Source: an uncultured Gemmatimonadaceae bacterium
GTDB lineage: Bacteria; Gemmatimonadota; Gemmatimonadetes; Gemmatimonadales; Gemmatimonadaceae
Direction: 5' to 3'
Length of the DNA stretch: 64,000 bases
Assembly: GCA_963843845.1 (NCBI GenBank)
Contig: CAWJMB010000002.1
Coordinates: forward strand, 2,368,001 to 2,432,000
A program made the translations under genes and the position numbers. Below are positions 43,629 through 54,309 of the stretch, in pieces (the first letter of the stretch is position 1; the number at the start of each line of letters is the position of its first letter). The notes under the pieces were generated by a model that saw only the letters and a list, made by a program, of their open reading frames with translations, had not been told where the DNA came from and searched no databases.

Positions 43629-44964
43629 ATGCCCCTCCGCCCCATGCACCGTTCGCTCGCCACGTTCGCCGCTGCCGCATGCGCCACCGCGTGCGGCATC
43701 GCGTGCGTCGCCACGCCGCTCGTCGCGCAGGTCGCCGACACGACGCCGACCGTCGTCCTGCGCCCCGACCGCGTCTACGACGGCACCGATGCCGCGCCGC
43801 ACGCGGGGTGGATCGTCGTCGTCCGCGGTGACCGGATCGTCGCGGCGGGCGCGCCGAATACGGTGACCGTTCCCGCCGGTGCGCGCACGCTCGACCTCGC
43901 GGGCACGACACTCCTTCCCGGCCTCATCGACGCGCACTCGCATGTCCTGCTGCACCCCTACAACGAGACGCCGTGGGACGATCAGGTGCTGCACGAGCAC
44001 CTCGCGATGCGCGTCGCGCGCGCGACGAACCACCTGCGCGCGACGCTCATGGCCGGCTTCACGACGCTCCGCGACCTCGGCACCGAAGGCGCGGACGACG
44101 CCGACGTCGGGCTCAAGCTCGCCGTCGACCGCGGGGTGATTCCCGGGCCGCGCCTCATCGTCTCGAACCGCGCGATCGTCGCGACCGGCAGCTACGCGCC
44201 GAAAGGGTTCGACCCGCGGTGGGACGTGCCGCAGGGCGCCCAGGAGGCGGACGGCGTCGACGGCATGGTGCGCGCGGTCCGGCAGCAGATCGAAGCCGGC
44301 GCGGAGTGGATCAAGCTGTACGCGGACTATCGCTGGGGGCCGAACGGCGAGACGCGTCCCACCTTCTCGGAGGACGAGATGCGCGCCGCGGTCGAGACCG
44401 CGCGGAGCTCGGGACGGGCCGTCGTCGTGCACGCCAGCACGCCGGAAGGAATGCGCCGCGCGGTCGACGCCGGCGTCGAGACGATCGAGCACGGCGATGG
44501 GGGGACGCCCGAAGTGTTCCGGCTGATGGCGCAGAAAGGGGTCGCGCTCTGTCCGACGCTCGCCGCCGGCGACGCGATCCAGAGCTACCGCGGATGGCGG
44601 CGCGGCGTCGACGCCGACCCGCCATCGATCGCGGCCAAGCGGGCGTCGTTCACGCGCCGCACTCGATGCCGGCGTGACGATCTGCAACGGCAGCGACGTC
44701 GGCGTGTTCGCGCACGGCGACAACGCCCGCGAGCTCGAGCTGCTCGTCAGCTACGGCATGACGCCGACGCAGGCGCTGCGTGCCGCGACGTCGGTCGACG
44801 CGAAGCTGCTGCACCTCGACGACCGCATCGGACGCGTCGCCACCGGACTGCTGGCGGATCTCATCGCCGTGGGCGGCGATCCGACGCGCGACATCTCCGC
44901 GGTGCGCGACGTCCGCTTCGTGATGAAGGGCGGGCGCACGGTTCGCGCGCCCGCCCCTCGCTAG
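43629..44964 (+). CDS. Secreted amidohydrolase (Xaa-Pro dipeptidase-like), frameshift near 44660
   Basis: [28 protein letters not shown]; second frame [21 protein letters not shown]. Confidence 0.88.
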
Positions 44965-44967
44965 CTC

Positions 44968-45011
44968 ACGAGCGTCTGGCGCGGCCCCTCGGGCCCGCGC
45001 CAGGCGCTCGT
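44968..45011. terminator. 17-bp hairpin between convergent genes
   Basis: ACGAGCGTCTGGCGCGG...CCGCGCCAGGCGCTCGT (one G-U pair). Confidence 0.6.
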
Positions 45012-45040
45012 CACGCGCTCGTCACGCGCTCAGCGCGCGC

Positions 45041-45649
45041 TCAGCGCGGCTTCGCCGTGTCGGGGTTGATTCCGGGCGTCCGGTGCTTGGGATCGGTCAG
45101 CGCCTCGCTCGTCGCGCGGAAGTAGTTCTGCAGGTCGTTCCGCTGCGCGCCCAGCGGCTTGCCGAGCTGGATGACCGACGCCGCGTGCTCGATCTTCGCG
45201 CCGCCGGGCGTCGTCCGCATCGCGAACGCGGTCGCGAAGAACGCGGCCTGTGCGGCATCCGTGCGCTTCTTGTCGGTGAGGTCGGGCATCGCGAGCGTGT
45301 CCGCCATCGCGCGCACCATCACGATCTGCGCGCCCGCCTGCGGCGCGCGGACCTCCATCGCGCTCGCGACCAGACGGAGCCCCGCCGACGCGTACGACGC
45401 CGCATCGGTCGTCGTCGCCGTGTCCACCCACTTCGCGAGCGCCGGCACCGGTGCGAGCGGCGGCGCGACGGCTGGCGTCGCGCCCGACGGCGCTGCGGCG
45501 GCCGGAACGACCGCGGTGTCCGCCCCGACCTCCACTGGGGCCGAACGCCCCGGACGAAGGAAGTAGTACGCCACACCGCCCAACACGAGCAGCACGAGCA
45601 CGACCGCCCACAACGGCGTGCCGCGTCGGGTGAACTCTATCTCAGCCAT
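45041..45649 (-). CDS. Hypothetical single-TM-anchored protein
   Basis: MAEIEFTRRGTPLWAVVLVLLVLGGVAYYF, Ala/Pro linker, helical C-terminal domain. Confidence 0.72.
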   Translation of the reverse strand: MAEIEFTRRGTPLWAVVLVLLVLGGVAYYFLRPGRSAPVEVGADTAVVPAAAAPSGATPAVAPPLAPVPALAKWVDTATTTDAASYASAGLRLVASAMEVRAPQAGAQIVMVRAMADTLAMPDLTDKKRTDAAQAAFFATAFAMRTTPGGAKIEHAASVIQLGKPLGAQRNDLQNYFRATSEALTDPKHRTPGINPDTAKPR

Positions 45650-45765
45650 CTGAAGAAAATCCTCGTTCGGGTCGATCGGGAGCACCGTTGGCGCGCCTCC
45701 GCGCAACGGTGAGCGCGCTGGAACTCAACTCGTACCCGGCACCGCCCGCAAGCGGTCGCATCCCC

Positions 45766-47466
45766 TCACGACCCCGCGCGCAGGCGCTCGACTTCCCGCT
45801 CGACGAGCGCCACCAGCTCGCCCATCCCCGCCTCGTCGAAAATCAGCTCCGCCCCGGCCGTCGCGTAGATCTCCGGCAGCGAACGGGTCCCGCCAAGGGC
45901 GAGGGCGGCGCGGTATCGGCGCACCGCGTCGGCCTGATCGCTGAGGCTCCGCCGCCACACCTGGAGCGCGCCGAGCTGCGCGATGCCATACTCGATGTAG
46001 TAGAACGGGAGCTCGAAGATGTGGAGCTGACGGTACCAGCGCGCCACCCGCTCACGGTCCAGCCCGGACCAGTCCGCGCCGCGGTCGAAGCGAGCCCGAA
46101 GCTCGAGCCACGCGGCGTCGCGCGCGTCGGCGTCGCCGCCATCGGGATGGGTGTAGATCCAGTGCTGGAACGCGTCGACACTCGCGATGTGTGCGAGGCT
46201 CTCCAGCACGTCGATGAGGTGCTCGATGCGCGCCGCCCGCGCGTCGTCCACGTCGTAGTAGCCGGTCGGGCGCGCGAGATACGGTGCGGCGAGCAGCTCC
46301 ATCGACATCGACGCCAGCTCGGCGGCTTCATGTCCCGTCGACCGCTGCCACACGAGCGGCAGCCGCGTCATCGAGAAGTCGTGAAAGCAGTGCCCCGCTT
46401 CGTGCACGAGTGTGTTCACGTCATCCGGCACGCCGACGGCGTTCATGAAGATGAACGGCCGTTCGCGGACGTGCAGACTGGTGCAGTACCCGCCGGGCGC
46501 CTTCCCCGGGCGGCTCTCGAGGTCGAGCAGCTGCTCGTCGGCCAGTATGTCGAACTCGCGGCCCAACGCCGCGTCGACGCCGTGAAAGACGCGGCGTGCG
46601 CCGTCCACGAACTGCGCGACCGTGTCGAACGGCTTGAGCGGCGTCGCGCGCTCGAGGTCCACCTGCAGGTCCCACGGCCGCAGCGGCCCGACACCGAGCT
46701 TCTCCTCCCGATACGCCGACAGCCGCTCGACGGCCGGCACCACGGTCCGCTCCACCGCCGCGTGGAAGCGCGCGCAGTCTTCCGGCGTGTAATCGAAGCG
46801 GTGCTTCGCCGCGAAGCAGTATCGCTCGTAGTCGGCGAATCCGGCATTCGACGCCACGCGCACGCGCAGGGCGTACATGCGATCGAACAGCTCGGCGAGC
46901 GCGTCGCGCTGCGCGAGATACGCCTCGGCGCCGGCGCGGAAGGCGCGCTCACGCACACGCCGGTCGGGGTTCTTGAGGTACGGCTGAAGCTGCGGAATCG
47001 TCTTCCGCTCGCCGTCCCAGTCGACCGATAACCCGCCCGTGATCTTCTGATACGCCGCCGAGTGCTCCTCGATCTCGGCGAAGAGCGGCACGCTCGCTTC
47101 GCGAAAGATCTGAGCGTCTGTTCGGAAGCGCCGGACGGTCGTCGCCAGGTCGTCGCGCTCGTAGCCGAGGTCGAGCAGGCGGCGGGCGAGGCGCACCTGC
47201 TGCTCGTCGAGCTGCGGGTAGATCTGCGTCGAGAATCGCAGGTGCGCGGCCTCCTTCGCGGGGTCAGCCGTGTCGCCGGTGTAGGCGATCATCGCCAGCG
47301 TCGCCGCTTCGCTCACGACCTCTTCCAACCGCGACCAGCGAGTGAGCCATTCGTCCGCCGTCGACGGATCGAGCGGCTCGGCTGCGAGCGAATCGTAAAA
47401 GGGGGCGATGTCGCTCCACGTCGCATCCGCGAACGCAGCAGGAGAATCAGGAAACGTCGTCAACAC
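45766..47466 (-). CDS. M3B oligoendopeptidase F-like peptidase
   Basis: GKAPGGYC, HEAGH, ELASMSME, FYYIEYGIAQ. Confidence 0.93.
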   Translation of the reverse strand: MLTTFPDSPAAFADATWSDIAPFYDSLAAEPLDPSTADEWLTRWSRLEEVVSEAATLAMIAYTGDTADPAKEAAHLRFSTQIYPQLDEQQVRLARRLLDLGYERDDLATTVRRFRTDAQIFREASVPLFAEIEEHSAAYQKITGGLSVDWDGERKTIPQLQPYLKNPDRRVRERAFRAGAEAYLAQRDALAELFDRMYALRVRVASNAGFADYERYCFAAKHRFDYTPEDCARFHAAVERTVVPAVERLSAYREEKLGVGPLRPWDLQVDLERATPLKPFDTVAQFVDGARRVFHGVDAALGREFDILADEQLLDLESRPGKAPGGYCTSLHVRERPFIFMNAVGVPDDVNTLVHEAGHCFHDFSMTRLPLVWQRSTGHEAAELASMSMELLAAPYLARPTGYYDVDDARAARIEHLIDVLESLAHIASVDAFQHWIYTHPDGGDADARDAAWLELRARFDRGADWSGLDRERVARWYRQLHIFELPFYYIEYGIAQLGALQVWRRSLSDQADAVRRYRAALALGGTRSLPEIYATAGAELIFDEAGMGELVALVEREVERLRAGS

Positions 47467-47657
47467 GCAGTCGCTCCGTCATGATCGTCGAAGTCCGTTC
47501 GACCAGCCGACACTACCACTGGTCTCCCAAGATAGTGCGGGTTCCGGGGGCGCCGGCCGGTGTGACGCGTCGCGACGTGGGTCGTCGACCCACGATCAGC
47601 CGTGCGCCGACGCGCGCGACCCAGATGGCGCTGCCGCAGTCCTCCCTCTTCCGCCCC

Positions 47658-48826
47658 ATGCGGATCTACTCTGCTGCTCTGACGCTGCTGCTCGCGCTTC
47701 CGATGGCCGTCCGCGCCCAGCAGTGCGACACTGTCCCGCGGCCGCCGCGCGACCCGTTCGCCTCGACGTTGGCGACGTTGCGCACGCCGACGCCCCCCCG
47801 TCGCCGCGACCGCGACGCTCGACCGCGCAGCGTCCGCGCCGCACGGTCTCGCGAGCCGCGCCGAAGCGCCCGGCGGTCGTGCGCCCGGTAGCGCCGCCCG
47901 CGACGACCGTACCGCACGTGACCCCGGTGGCGACACCGCGCACCCGAACGCATCGCGCCCCGACGCGACGGGCTACCCCCGTCCGCCCGAAGCCGGCACG
48001 GGCTGCGGCGCCGCCGACCGTCCGCGCGACGTCGACGGCCTGCCTGACGCGGAACGAGCTCGCCGGCCTCCTCGTCGATGCCGGCCCGCCGATCGACCAG
48101 GCGCTCGCCTCGCCGTTGCTCGGGCTGGCGCCGGCGACCACCCTCGCGCCGCTGGCGGCGCCTGCGGCCGCGACGCTCGCACCGGTCACCCTCAGCGCGA
48201 GCGGACTGGGGCTCACCGGACTCGGCGCGTCCACCATCGCCGCCACGCCGGGGATCTCGGCCGGTCTCGTCGTGGCGGCCCTCTCGGCGGCATCGGCCGG
48301 CGTGGGCACCGCCGCGTGGCAGGCGGTTCGTCGCGTGCCGGGCGGCGTCGGCGCGATCGCCGGGACGCCAGGAACGACTCCGAGCGCACCGCCTCCGCGC
48401 ACGCCCGGCACACTCGCGCCCGGCGACGACACGCCGCCGCGCGGCGCGCGTCCGACCGATCCCCAGGCCGCGAGCGGCGACGATCCCGATCCGACTCCGC
48501 CTGCCGGCGTGCCGCCCGGGCCGCCACCGCCCGAGAACGCGCCGGACTCGCCCCCGGAGAATCCGCCTGCCGCTCCCGGCGTTCCGTCGCCGACCGACGT
48601 GCCGCGGATTCCATCCTGGCCGTTCGGCCCGGGGCCGATCCCCGGGCTGCCACCGGCGACGTTCCCGCCCACGTCACCGCCGCCCGGCGGCCCGACGACC
48701 CGACCGACCGACGTGCCGTTCGGCGCGCTCGAGACGACGGCGGTGCCTGAGCCGCGTGCGCTGATCCTGCTGGCGAGCGGCGCAGTCATCGCAGCGGCCA
48801 TGAGCCGATTCCGGCGCCGGCCGTAG
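47658..48826 (+). CDS. Pro-rich PEP-CTERM surface protein, frameshift at a C7 tract near 47793-47799
   Basis: Signal peptide MRIYSAALTLLLALPMAVRA in one frame; C-terminal VPEPRALILLASGAVIAAAMSRFRRRP in the frame of ORF 47408..48826. Confidence 0.72.
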
Positions 48827-48851
48827 CGCTCGGTGCGGCGACGTGCCGCGA

Positions 48852-49316
48852 TCAGAACGCGTCGCCGAGTGCCAGCCGCCGACGGCCGACGGCGCTCGTG
48901 ACCGTTCGGCAGCCGCGCAGTAACGCGACCTGATCGTCGTTCGGCAGTGCGTCGACGACCGCGCTCCCGAGCGACGTGAGTCGATACCAGCCGTCGCCGA
49001 GCGGCTCGACGAGGCGGCGCACGGCCGCGCGGCGGAGGATGTCGTGCGCGTTGTGGAGCGAGCCGGCGATCCGCGACTCTCGCGGCGGGTACAGCGCGCG
49101 GACGTCGGCCCCGCAGACGGCGTCACAGCCGAGGACGCGCTGGAGATACGACATGATGACGAGCGCCGCGTAGGCAGGTCGGAGCTCTGCGCCCCTGTCT
49201 CGCATGTACTCGTGCACGTCGCGGCGCGTCGCGGCGTCGTACGACGGGTGATGCGCGCGCGAGATCGGGCGTGACAGGGTCGAGTCGGAAAGCGTACCGT
49301 CTTCGGAGATGGACAT
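48852..49316 (-). CDS. Hypothetical protein, possible winged-helix DNA-binding fold
   Basis: Globular composition; HDILRRAAVRRLVEPLGDGWYRLTSLG resembles a recognition helix plus wing. Confidence 0.55.
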   Translation of the reverse strand: MSISEDGTLSDSTLSRPISRAHHPSYDAATRRDVHEYMRDRGAELRPAYAALVIMSYLQRVLGCDAVCGADVRALYPPRESRIAGSLHNAHDILRRAAVRRLVEPLGDGWYRLTSLGSAVVDALPNDDQVALLRGCRTVTSAVGRRRLALGDAF

Positions 49317-49875
49317 CGTGAAGCCATGCGAGCGTGAGGCGCCGAGCGGTCGTGCGGGCAGCGCGTCGTGGGACGTGTGGGAAGTCGTTTTTCCTGAAGG
49401 AGCGGGGAGCGCTGCAGGTTCCCTCCCTCAGCACGCGGTGGGACACGTGTGGAACGAGACGCGACTCGGACAGCGAATCGCGCCTCTCGTCGTGCGTTCG
49501 ACATCGGCCCTGCTCGTCGCGCAGGGAGCCGTCGACGCTGCGCGAGGCGGCCGCCGGCCACGTGCCGCCGACTGTCCGTGATCCGAATCAGCGGCGCGAT
49601 CCCCCTGCGAGGCATCAGGGAAAGTCCTGGCGTGGCGGGGACTCGCCGGTCGCTCGCGACAGAGCGAGTGCGCCACCGTGCCGCTGCCCGTCCCATGCCA
49701 TCGACGGCGCGCCGACGCGATCGCGATCGGGCTCAAGTCCTTCGCCCGCACTGCCGAGTCTTACTCGTGCGGCGGGCATCTCCGCCGCGACCCCGTGAGG
49801 CCGTTCGTGACGGCCTTCGCCGGCTCCGGCCGGCGATACGGAGCGCGATGTCCCGGAAGCAGCAGCCGTAGTCCG

Positions 49876-49980
49876 GACGAAGCCCGATCTGGCATCAGCC
49901 CGGTCGGGCTTCGTCGCGTCTGGCAACACGGGCGCGACGCGAAACCGCCCGGCGCCCCGGGCATCGGGTCGTCGGGCGGT
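49876..49980 (-). terminator. Hairpins downstream of tRNA-Pro
   Basis: AACCGCCCG...CGGGCGGTT stem (about 49942-49980) and a perfect 12-bp GACGAAGCCCGA/TCGGGCTTCGTC stem (49876-49915). Confidence 0.55.
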
Positions 49981-50006
49981 TCTGGCGTGCGTGGGATCGA
50001 GCAGAA

Positions 50007-50080
50007 TCGGAACGGCGGGATTCGAACCCGCGACCCCCTGAACCCCATTCAGGTGCGCTACCGGGCTGCGCTACGTTCCG
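50007..50080 (-). tRNA. tRNA-Pro(GGG)
   Basis: CGGAACGTAGCGCAGCCCGGTAGCGC...GGG anticodon...GGTTCGAATCC; candidate promoter TTGAGG-17-TACGTT upstream. Confidence 0.96.
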
Positions 50081-50113
50081 GACAAGTGAACGTAATCCGA
50101 AAGCGGGCCGCCC

Positions 50114-50977
50114 TCAACCAGCGATCGCGGCGACCCACGCGTCCGGCGTGACGACACGCCCGACGTAGAACGCCCCGAACTCGGCGTACTGCGCGCTGAC
50201 CTCGTCGAACCGCATCTCCGTGACGATCCGCTTGAACTCGAGCGGATCGGCCGCGAACAGCGTCACCCCCCACTCCCACGCGTCGAGCCCGACGGCCCCG
50301 GTGACGATCTGGAACACCTTCCCGGCATAGCGGCGACCGGTCTTGCTGTGGTCCCACATCAGCCGACTGCGCTCCTCGTTCGTCAGCGCGTACCAGTTCT
50401 GCCCCGCGTCGCGCTTCTTCGACATGGGATAGAAGCATGCGTACGGCATCGTCTCGCTCGGCGGCGCGGGGAAGAGGCGGCGCTGGACGTGTGACGATGC
50501 GCCTTCCTGCTCCACGAGCGCCGCGAGCCCGGCCTGGTACTCGGCGTCGCCCACCACACCGCCGCGCGCCGCGGCGAGCTTCGCCGCCTTGACCGCCGTC
50601 GAGTACATCCCGGCCTCGGTCACGCTGAGAAAATCGTAGCTCCGGCGCAGCACGTCGCTGAGCGGCTCGCCGAGCACCGCGCGCCCGGCCGTGCCTAACG
50701 CATCGAGCGTCGGCCGGAAGTGCACCAGCATGAGATCGGCCGACGCGCCGACGAGCTGCACCGGGGCCGTCCATCCCCCGTCCGACGGCGCCGCCAGCGT
50801 TGAGAGCACGCGCTCCATCGAGGCGGCGTCGCGGGCGCGGTCTGCCGGCGCGAGTTGGCGCGACGCCCCCCGGTCGATCGTGAAGAGTTGATGATGTGCG
50901 TACCACCCTTCGAGCGACACGGCGGGCGGAACGTACAGGTCGGCGGCGCTGTCGGCAGCGTGCGGCGGTGCGGTCAT
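50114..50977 (-). CDS. hemQ: Coproheme decarboxylase / chlorite-dismutase family protein
   Basis: EGWY, SVTEAGMY, FYPMSKKR, NWYAL, proximal His in MWDH, EWGVTLF, EMRFDEVSAQYAEFGAFYVG. Confidence 0.85.
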   Translation of the reverse strand: MTAPPHAADSAADLYVPPAVSLEGWYAHHQLFTIDRGASRQLAPADRARDAASMERVLSTLAAPSDGGWTAPVQLVGASADLMLVHFRPTLDALGTAGRAVLGEPLSDVLRRSYDFLSVTEAGMYSTAVKAAKLAAARGGVVGDAEYQAGLAALVEQEGASSHVQRRLFPAPPSETMPYACFYPMSKKRDAGQNWYALTNEERSRLMWDHSKTGRRYAGKVFQIVTGAVGLDAWEWGVTLFAADPLEFKRIVTEMRFDEVSAQYAEFGAFYVGRVVTPDAWVAAIAG

Positions 50978-51082
50978 GATCGCGACGAGCGAAGGAGCGG
51001 ACGTCGCGACGCACGACGGCCAGACGTCGAAGCTAGCGCGCGCCGTCTTCTCGATCGATCCGCACGATGCCGGAGCGTGGCG

Positions 51083-52705
51083 CTACCACCGGACGAGCTC
51101 GAGTACGGCGCCGTCGCGCGGCGGGAGCGTCGCGAATGGCGCCGTGCGGGGGGCGCTGCCATCGCGATCGACCGCGAGCACGTCAGCGTTAGGCACTGCG
51201 CCGAGGAGCGGGCGCAACCGCCACCGGCCGGGAGGGAGCGTGCCGGCGGCGGCCGTGAACGACGCGCTCTGCGCCGGGGCGCTGCCGACGTTCGCGACGA
51301 CGATCACCGCGCGAGCGCCGAGTCGCCGGACGTAGGCGACGACGGCGCTGTCGCCCGTCGCGAGCTGCCGGATCGTTCCACCCGCGAGGGCGCCGTTCTC
51401 CGCGCGAAGGTGAATCAACCGGCGATGGAGCGAGAGCAGCGACCCCGGATCCGCGTCCTGCGCGGCGACGGTCGTCGTCAGGGAGTCGTCCTGCGCGCGC
51501 TCCCATGGCGTTCCCGTCGTGAATCCCTGGCCGGCCACCGCTCGCCACTGCATCGGCGTCCGCAGCCGTTCGTCGGGCTTGGAGCCGACCATTCCGATCT
51601 CGTCACCGTAGTACACGAACGGGAGCCCGGGCAGTGTGAGGAGCAGGAGCGCTGCCACGCGCGCCTGTGCCACGCTCCCGCCCACCGCCGTCCGCGCGCG
51701 CTCGCGGTCGTGATTGCTGAGGAAGGGCGCGTATCGTGTTGCCGGCGCGACCAGCCGCTGCATCGCCAGCGCCGGCGCCAGCACGCCGCCGGCCGTTCCG
51801 CGCCGCACGGCGGCAGCGAGCGAGTCGGCGACGTCGAACGCGAAATACGCGGTGAGCTGGTCCGGGTAGTACGTCCGCAGCGTGTCGATTCCGCCCCACA
51901 CTTCGCCGATGGCGTACAGACGCGGGCGGAGGGTGCCGACGTACGCGCCGAACCCGCGGAGCACGTCGTGCGTCGCGCGCGCGTTCACCTCGGCCGAGTC
52001 GTCTTCGGCGAGATACGCGACGGCGTCGAGACGGAAACCGTCGACACCCATCTCCTCCACCCAGTATCGCGCGATGCGACGGGTCTCCGCTCGCACGGCC
52101 GGGTTGGCGTGATCGAGGTCCGGCATGGTGTGCCAGAACACGCCGTAGTAGTACTCGTCGCGCAGCGGTGACCGGTGCCACGCGTCGTGGCCTAACGCTC
52201 TCCCGGACGCGCCGTTCGGCGTCGGCTTCGATCCGCGCCATCGGTACCAGTCGCGATAGCGCGACGCCGAGTCGCGGAGCGCCGACTGGAACCACGGGTG
52301 CTCGCTCGACGTGTGATTCAGGACCATGTCGACGAGGACCTTGATCCCGCGCCGATGCGCGGCGGCGACGAACGACCGGAAGTCCTCGTTCGTTCCGTAC
52401 TCGCGATCGACCCGGTAGTAGTCGGTGACGTCGTACCCGTGATAGCTCGGCGACTCGGCGACCGGCATGAGCCAGACGCACCGCGCGCCGAGGTCACGCG
52501 TCGTGCGCGGGTCGCCATCGTTGATGTAGTCGAGCCGGGCCGTGAGCCCGCGGAGATCACCGATGCCGTCGCCGTCGCTGTCGGCGAACGACCGCACGAA
52601 GATCTCGTAGCAGGTCGCACCGCGCGTCCACGGGGGCGTCACCGGCTGCGCGGACAGCACGGACGCGGCGAGCAGCGCGAGGGTGGCGGCGGCGCGGCGT
52701 GTCAT
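51083..52705 (-). CDS. Secreted GH13 alpha-amylase-family glycosidase
   Basis: Signal peptide; SFADSDGDGIGD, SYHGYD, DMVLNH, GFRLDA, GEVW, FLSNHD. Confidence 0.94.
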   Translation of the reverse strand: MTRRAAATLALLAASVLSAQPVTPPWTRGATCYEIFVRSFADSDGDGIGDLRGLTARLDYINDGDPRTTRDLGARCVWLMPVAESPSYHGYDVTDYYRVDREYGTNEDFRSFVAAAHRRGIKVLVDMVLNHTSSEHPWFQSALRDSASRYRDWYRWRGSKPTPNGASGRALGHDAWHRSPLRDEYYYGVFWHTMPDLDHANPAVRAETRRIARYWVEEMGVDGFRLDAVAYLAEDDSAEVNARATHDVLRGFGAYVGTLRPRLYAIGEVWGGIDTLRTYYPDQLTAYFAFDVADSLAAAVRRGTAGGVLAPALAMQRLVAPATRYAPFLSNHDRERARTAVGGSVAQARVAALLLLTLPGLPFVYYGDEIGMVGSKPDERLRTPMQWRAVAGQGFTTGTPWERAQDDSLTTTVAAQDADPGSLLSLHRRLIHLRAENGALAGGTIRQLATGDSAVVAYVRRLGARAVIVVANVGSAPAQSASFTAAAGTLPPGRWRLRPLLGAVPNADVLAVDRDGSAPRTAPFATLPPRDGAVLELVRW

Positions 52706-52805
52706 GCCGGAACGCTACCCCGCCGCGCGATCTTTTCAACGTGCGGCGCGAGCCGCATCTTGCGATCTCGCTCGTCGACGACGCCACTCACTCCTCACGA
52801 CCCCG

Positions 52806-54214
52806 ATGCAGAGAGCGCGACTCAGCCGACCCGAGCTGTTCAACATGAGCTTCGGCTTTCTCGGCATTCAGTTCGGCTGGGGATTGCAGCTCGCGAACAT
52901 GTCGGCGGTCTACGAGCGGCTCGGCGCGAGCCCGGAACAGGTGCCGGGGCTGTGGCTCGCGGCACCGCTGACGGGGCTCCTCGTGCAACCCATCGTCGGC
53001 GCGCTCAGCGACCGCACGTGGGGCCGGCTCGGCCGGCGGCGCCCCTACTTCCTCGCCGGGTCGATCCTCGCGTCGATCGCGCTCTTCATCATGCCGATGT
53101 CGACGAGTCTCTGGATGGCGGCGACGCTGCTCTGGGTGCTCGACGCGTCGATCAACGTGTCGATGGAGCCGTTCCGCGCGTTCGTCGCCGACAAGCTCGA
53201 CGTGTCGCAGCGTACCGCGGGGTTCGTCATGCAGTCGCTGTTCATCGGCATCGGCGCGAGTCTCGCGAACGCCCTTCCGTTCATCCTGTCGAACTTCGGC
53301 GTCTCCGGCAGCACGGCGAGCGGCATCCCGCTCACGGTGAAGTACTCGTTCCAGGCCGGCGCCGTCGTGTTCCTGCTCGCCGTGCTCTGGACGGTGTTCA
53401 CGACGACGGAGTTCCCCCCGAGGACATGGCCGCGTTCGAGCGGGCGAAGAAGGGACGCGGCGGGCTCGGTCCGCTCGTCTCGGAAATCGTGACGTCCATC
53501 CGCGAGATGCCGGCGACGATGAAGCAGCTCGCCGTCGTGCAACTGCTCACCTGGCTCGGCCTGTTCTGCATGTGGCTGTTCTTCGTCCCGGCGGTCGCAC
53601 GCCACGTGTTCGGCGCGACCGACCCGCAGAGCGAGACGTACACGCGCGGCGTCGAGTGGGGGAGCTTCGTGATGGCCTTCTACTCCATCACGTGCTTCCT
53701 CGTCTCGCTCGTCATTCCGAGGCTGGCGGCAGCGACGAGCCGCAAGACCGTCCATGCCGCCTCGCTCGTCTGCGGCGCGGCCGGACTGCTCTCCGTCTGG
53801 CTCGTCCACGACAAGACCATGCTGATCCTCAGCATGATCGGCGTCGGCGTCGCGTGGGCGTCGATCCTCTCGATGCCCTACGCCATCCTGTCGACCGCGC
53901 TGCCGGCGCAGCGCATGGGCGTCTACATGGGCGTGTTCAACTTCTTCATCGTCATCCCGGAGATCGTCGCGTCGCTGGGCTTCGGCGCGCTGTCGCGCAC
54001 GCTGTTCGGCGCGGACAACCCGCAGGCGCCGCTCTACTTCGTGACGCTCGGCGGCGGCTGTCTGCTCGCCGCGGCGGCGTGCGTCGCGTTCGTGCAGGAC
54101 CGCGGCGACAGCATGGTCCCCGAGGGCGCGGTCACCGCCGGCGACGTGCACGCGCCGCTGCTCGTGCAGGACTCGCTTCAGCCGGTGCCGAGCAGCGGCA
54201 TGCCCTCGCACTGA
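52806..54214 (+). CDS. MFS sugar transporter (maltose/sucrose GPH-like), frameshift at a C6 tract near 53415
   Basis: [39 protein letters not shown]; second frame [22 protein letters not shown]. Confidence 0.9.
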
Positions 54215-54252
54215 TCGAGCGCGGCCGGCACCCCTCGACGTGGGTCGCTGCC

Positions 54253-54297
54253 GACGTACGAAGGGCCCGCGCCGGAGGCGCGGGCCCTTCGTACGTC
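54253..54297. terminator. Perfect 21-bp inverted repeat between convergent MFS and susD genes
   Basis: GACGTACGAAGGGCCCGCGCC-GGA-GGCGCGGGCCCTTCGTACGTC. Confidence 0.75.
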
Positions 54298-54309
54298 TGC
54301 GCGAGCGGC

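Noticed and set aside
49612..49632. GGGAAAGTCC resembling the RNase P RNA GAGGAAAGUCC motif
   Set aside because: Imperfect match, and the conserved 3' partner sequence and other RNase P elements were not found.
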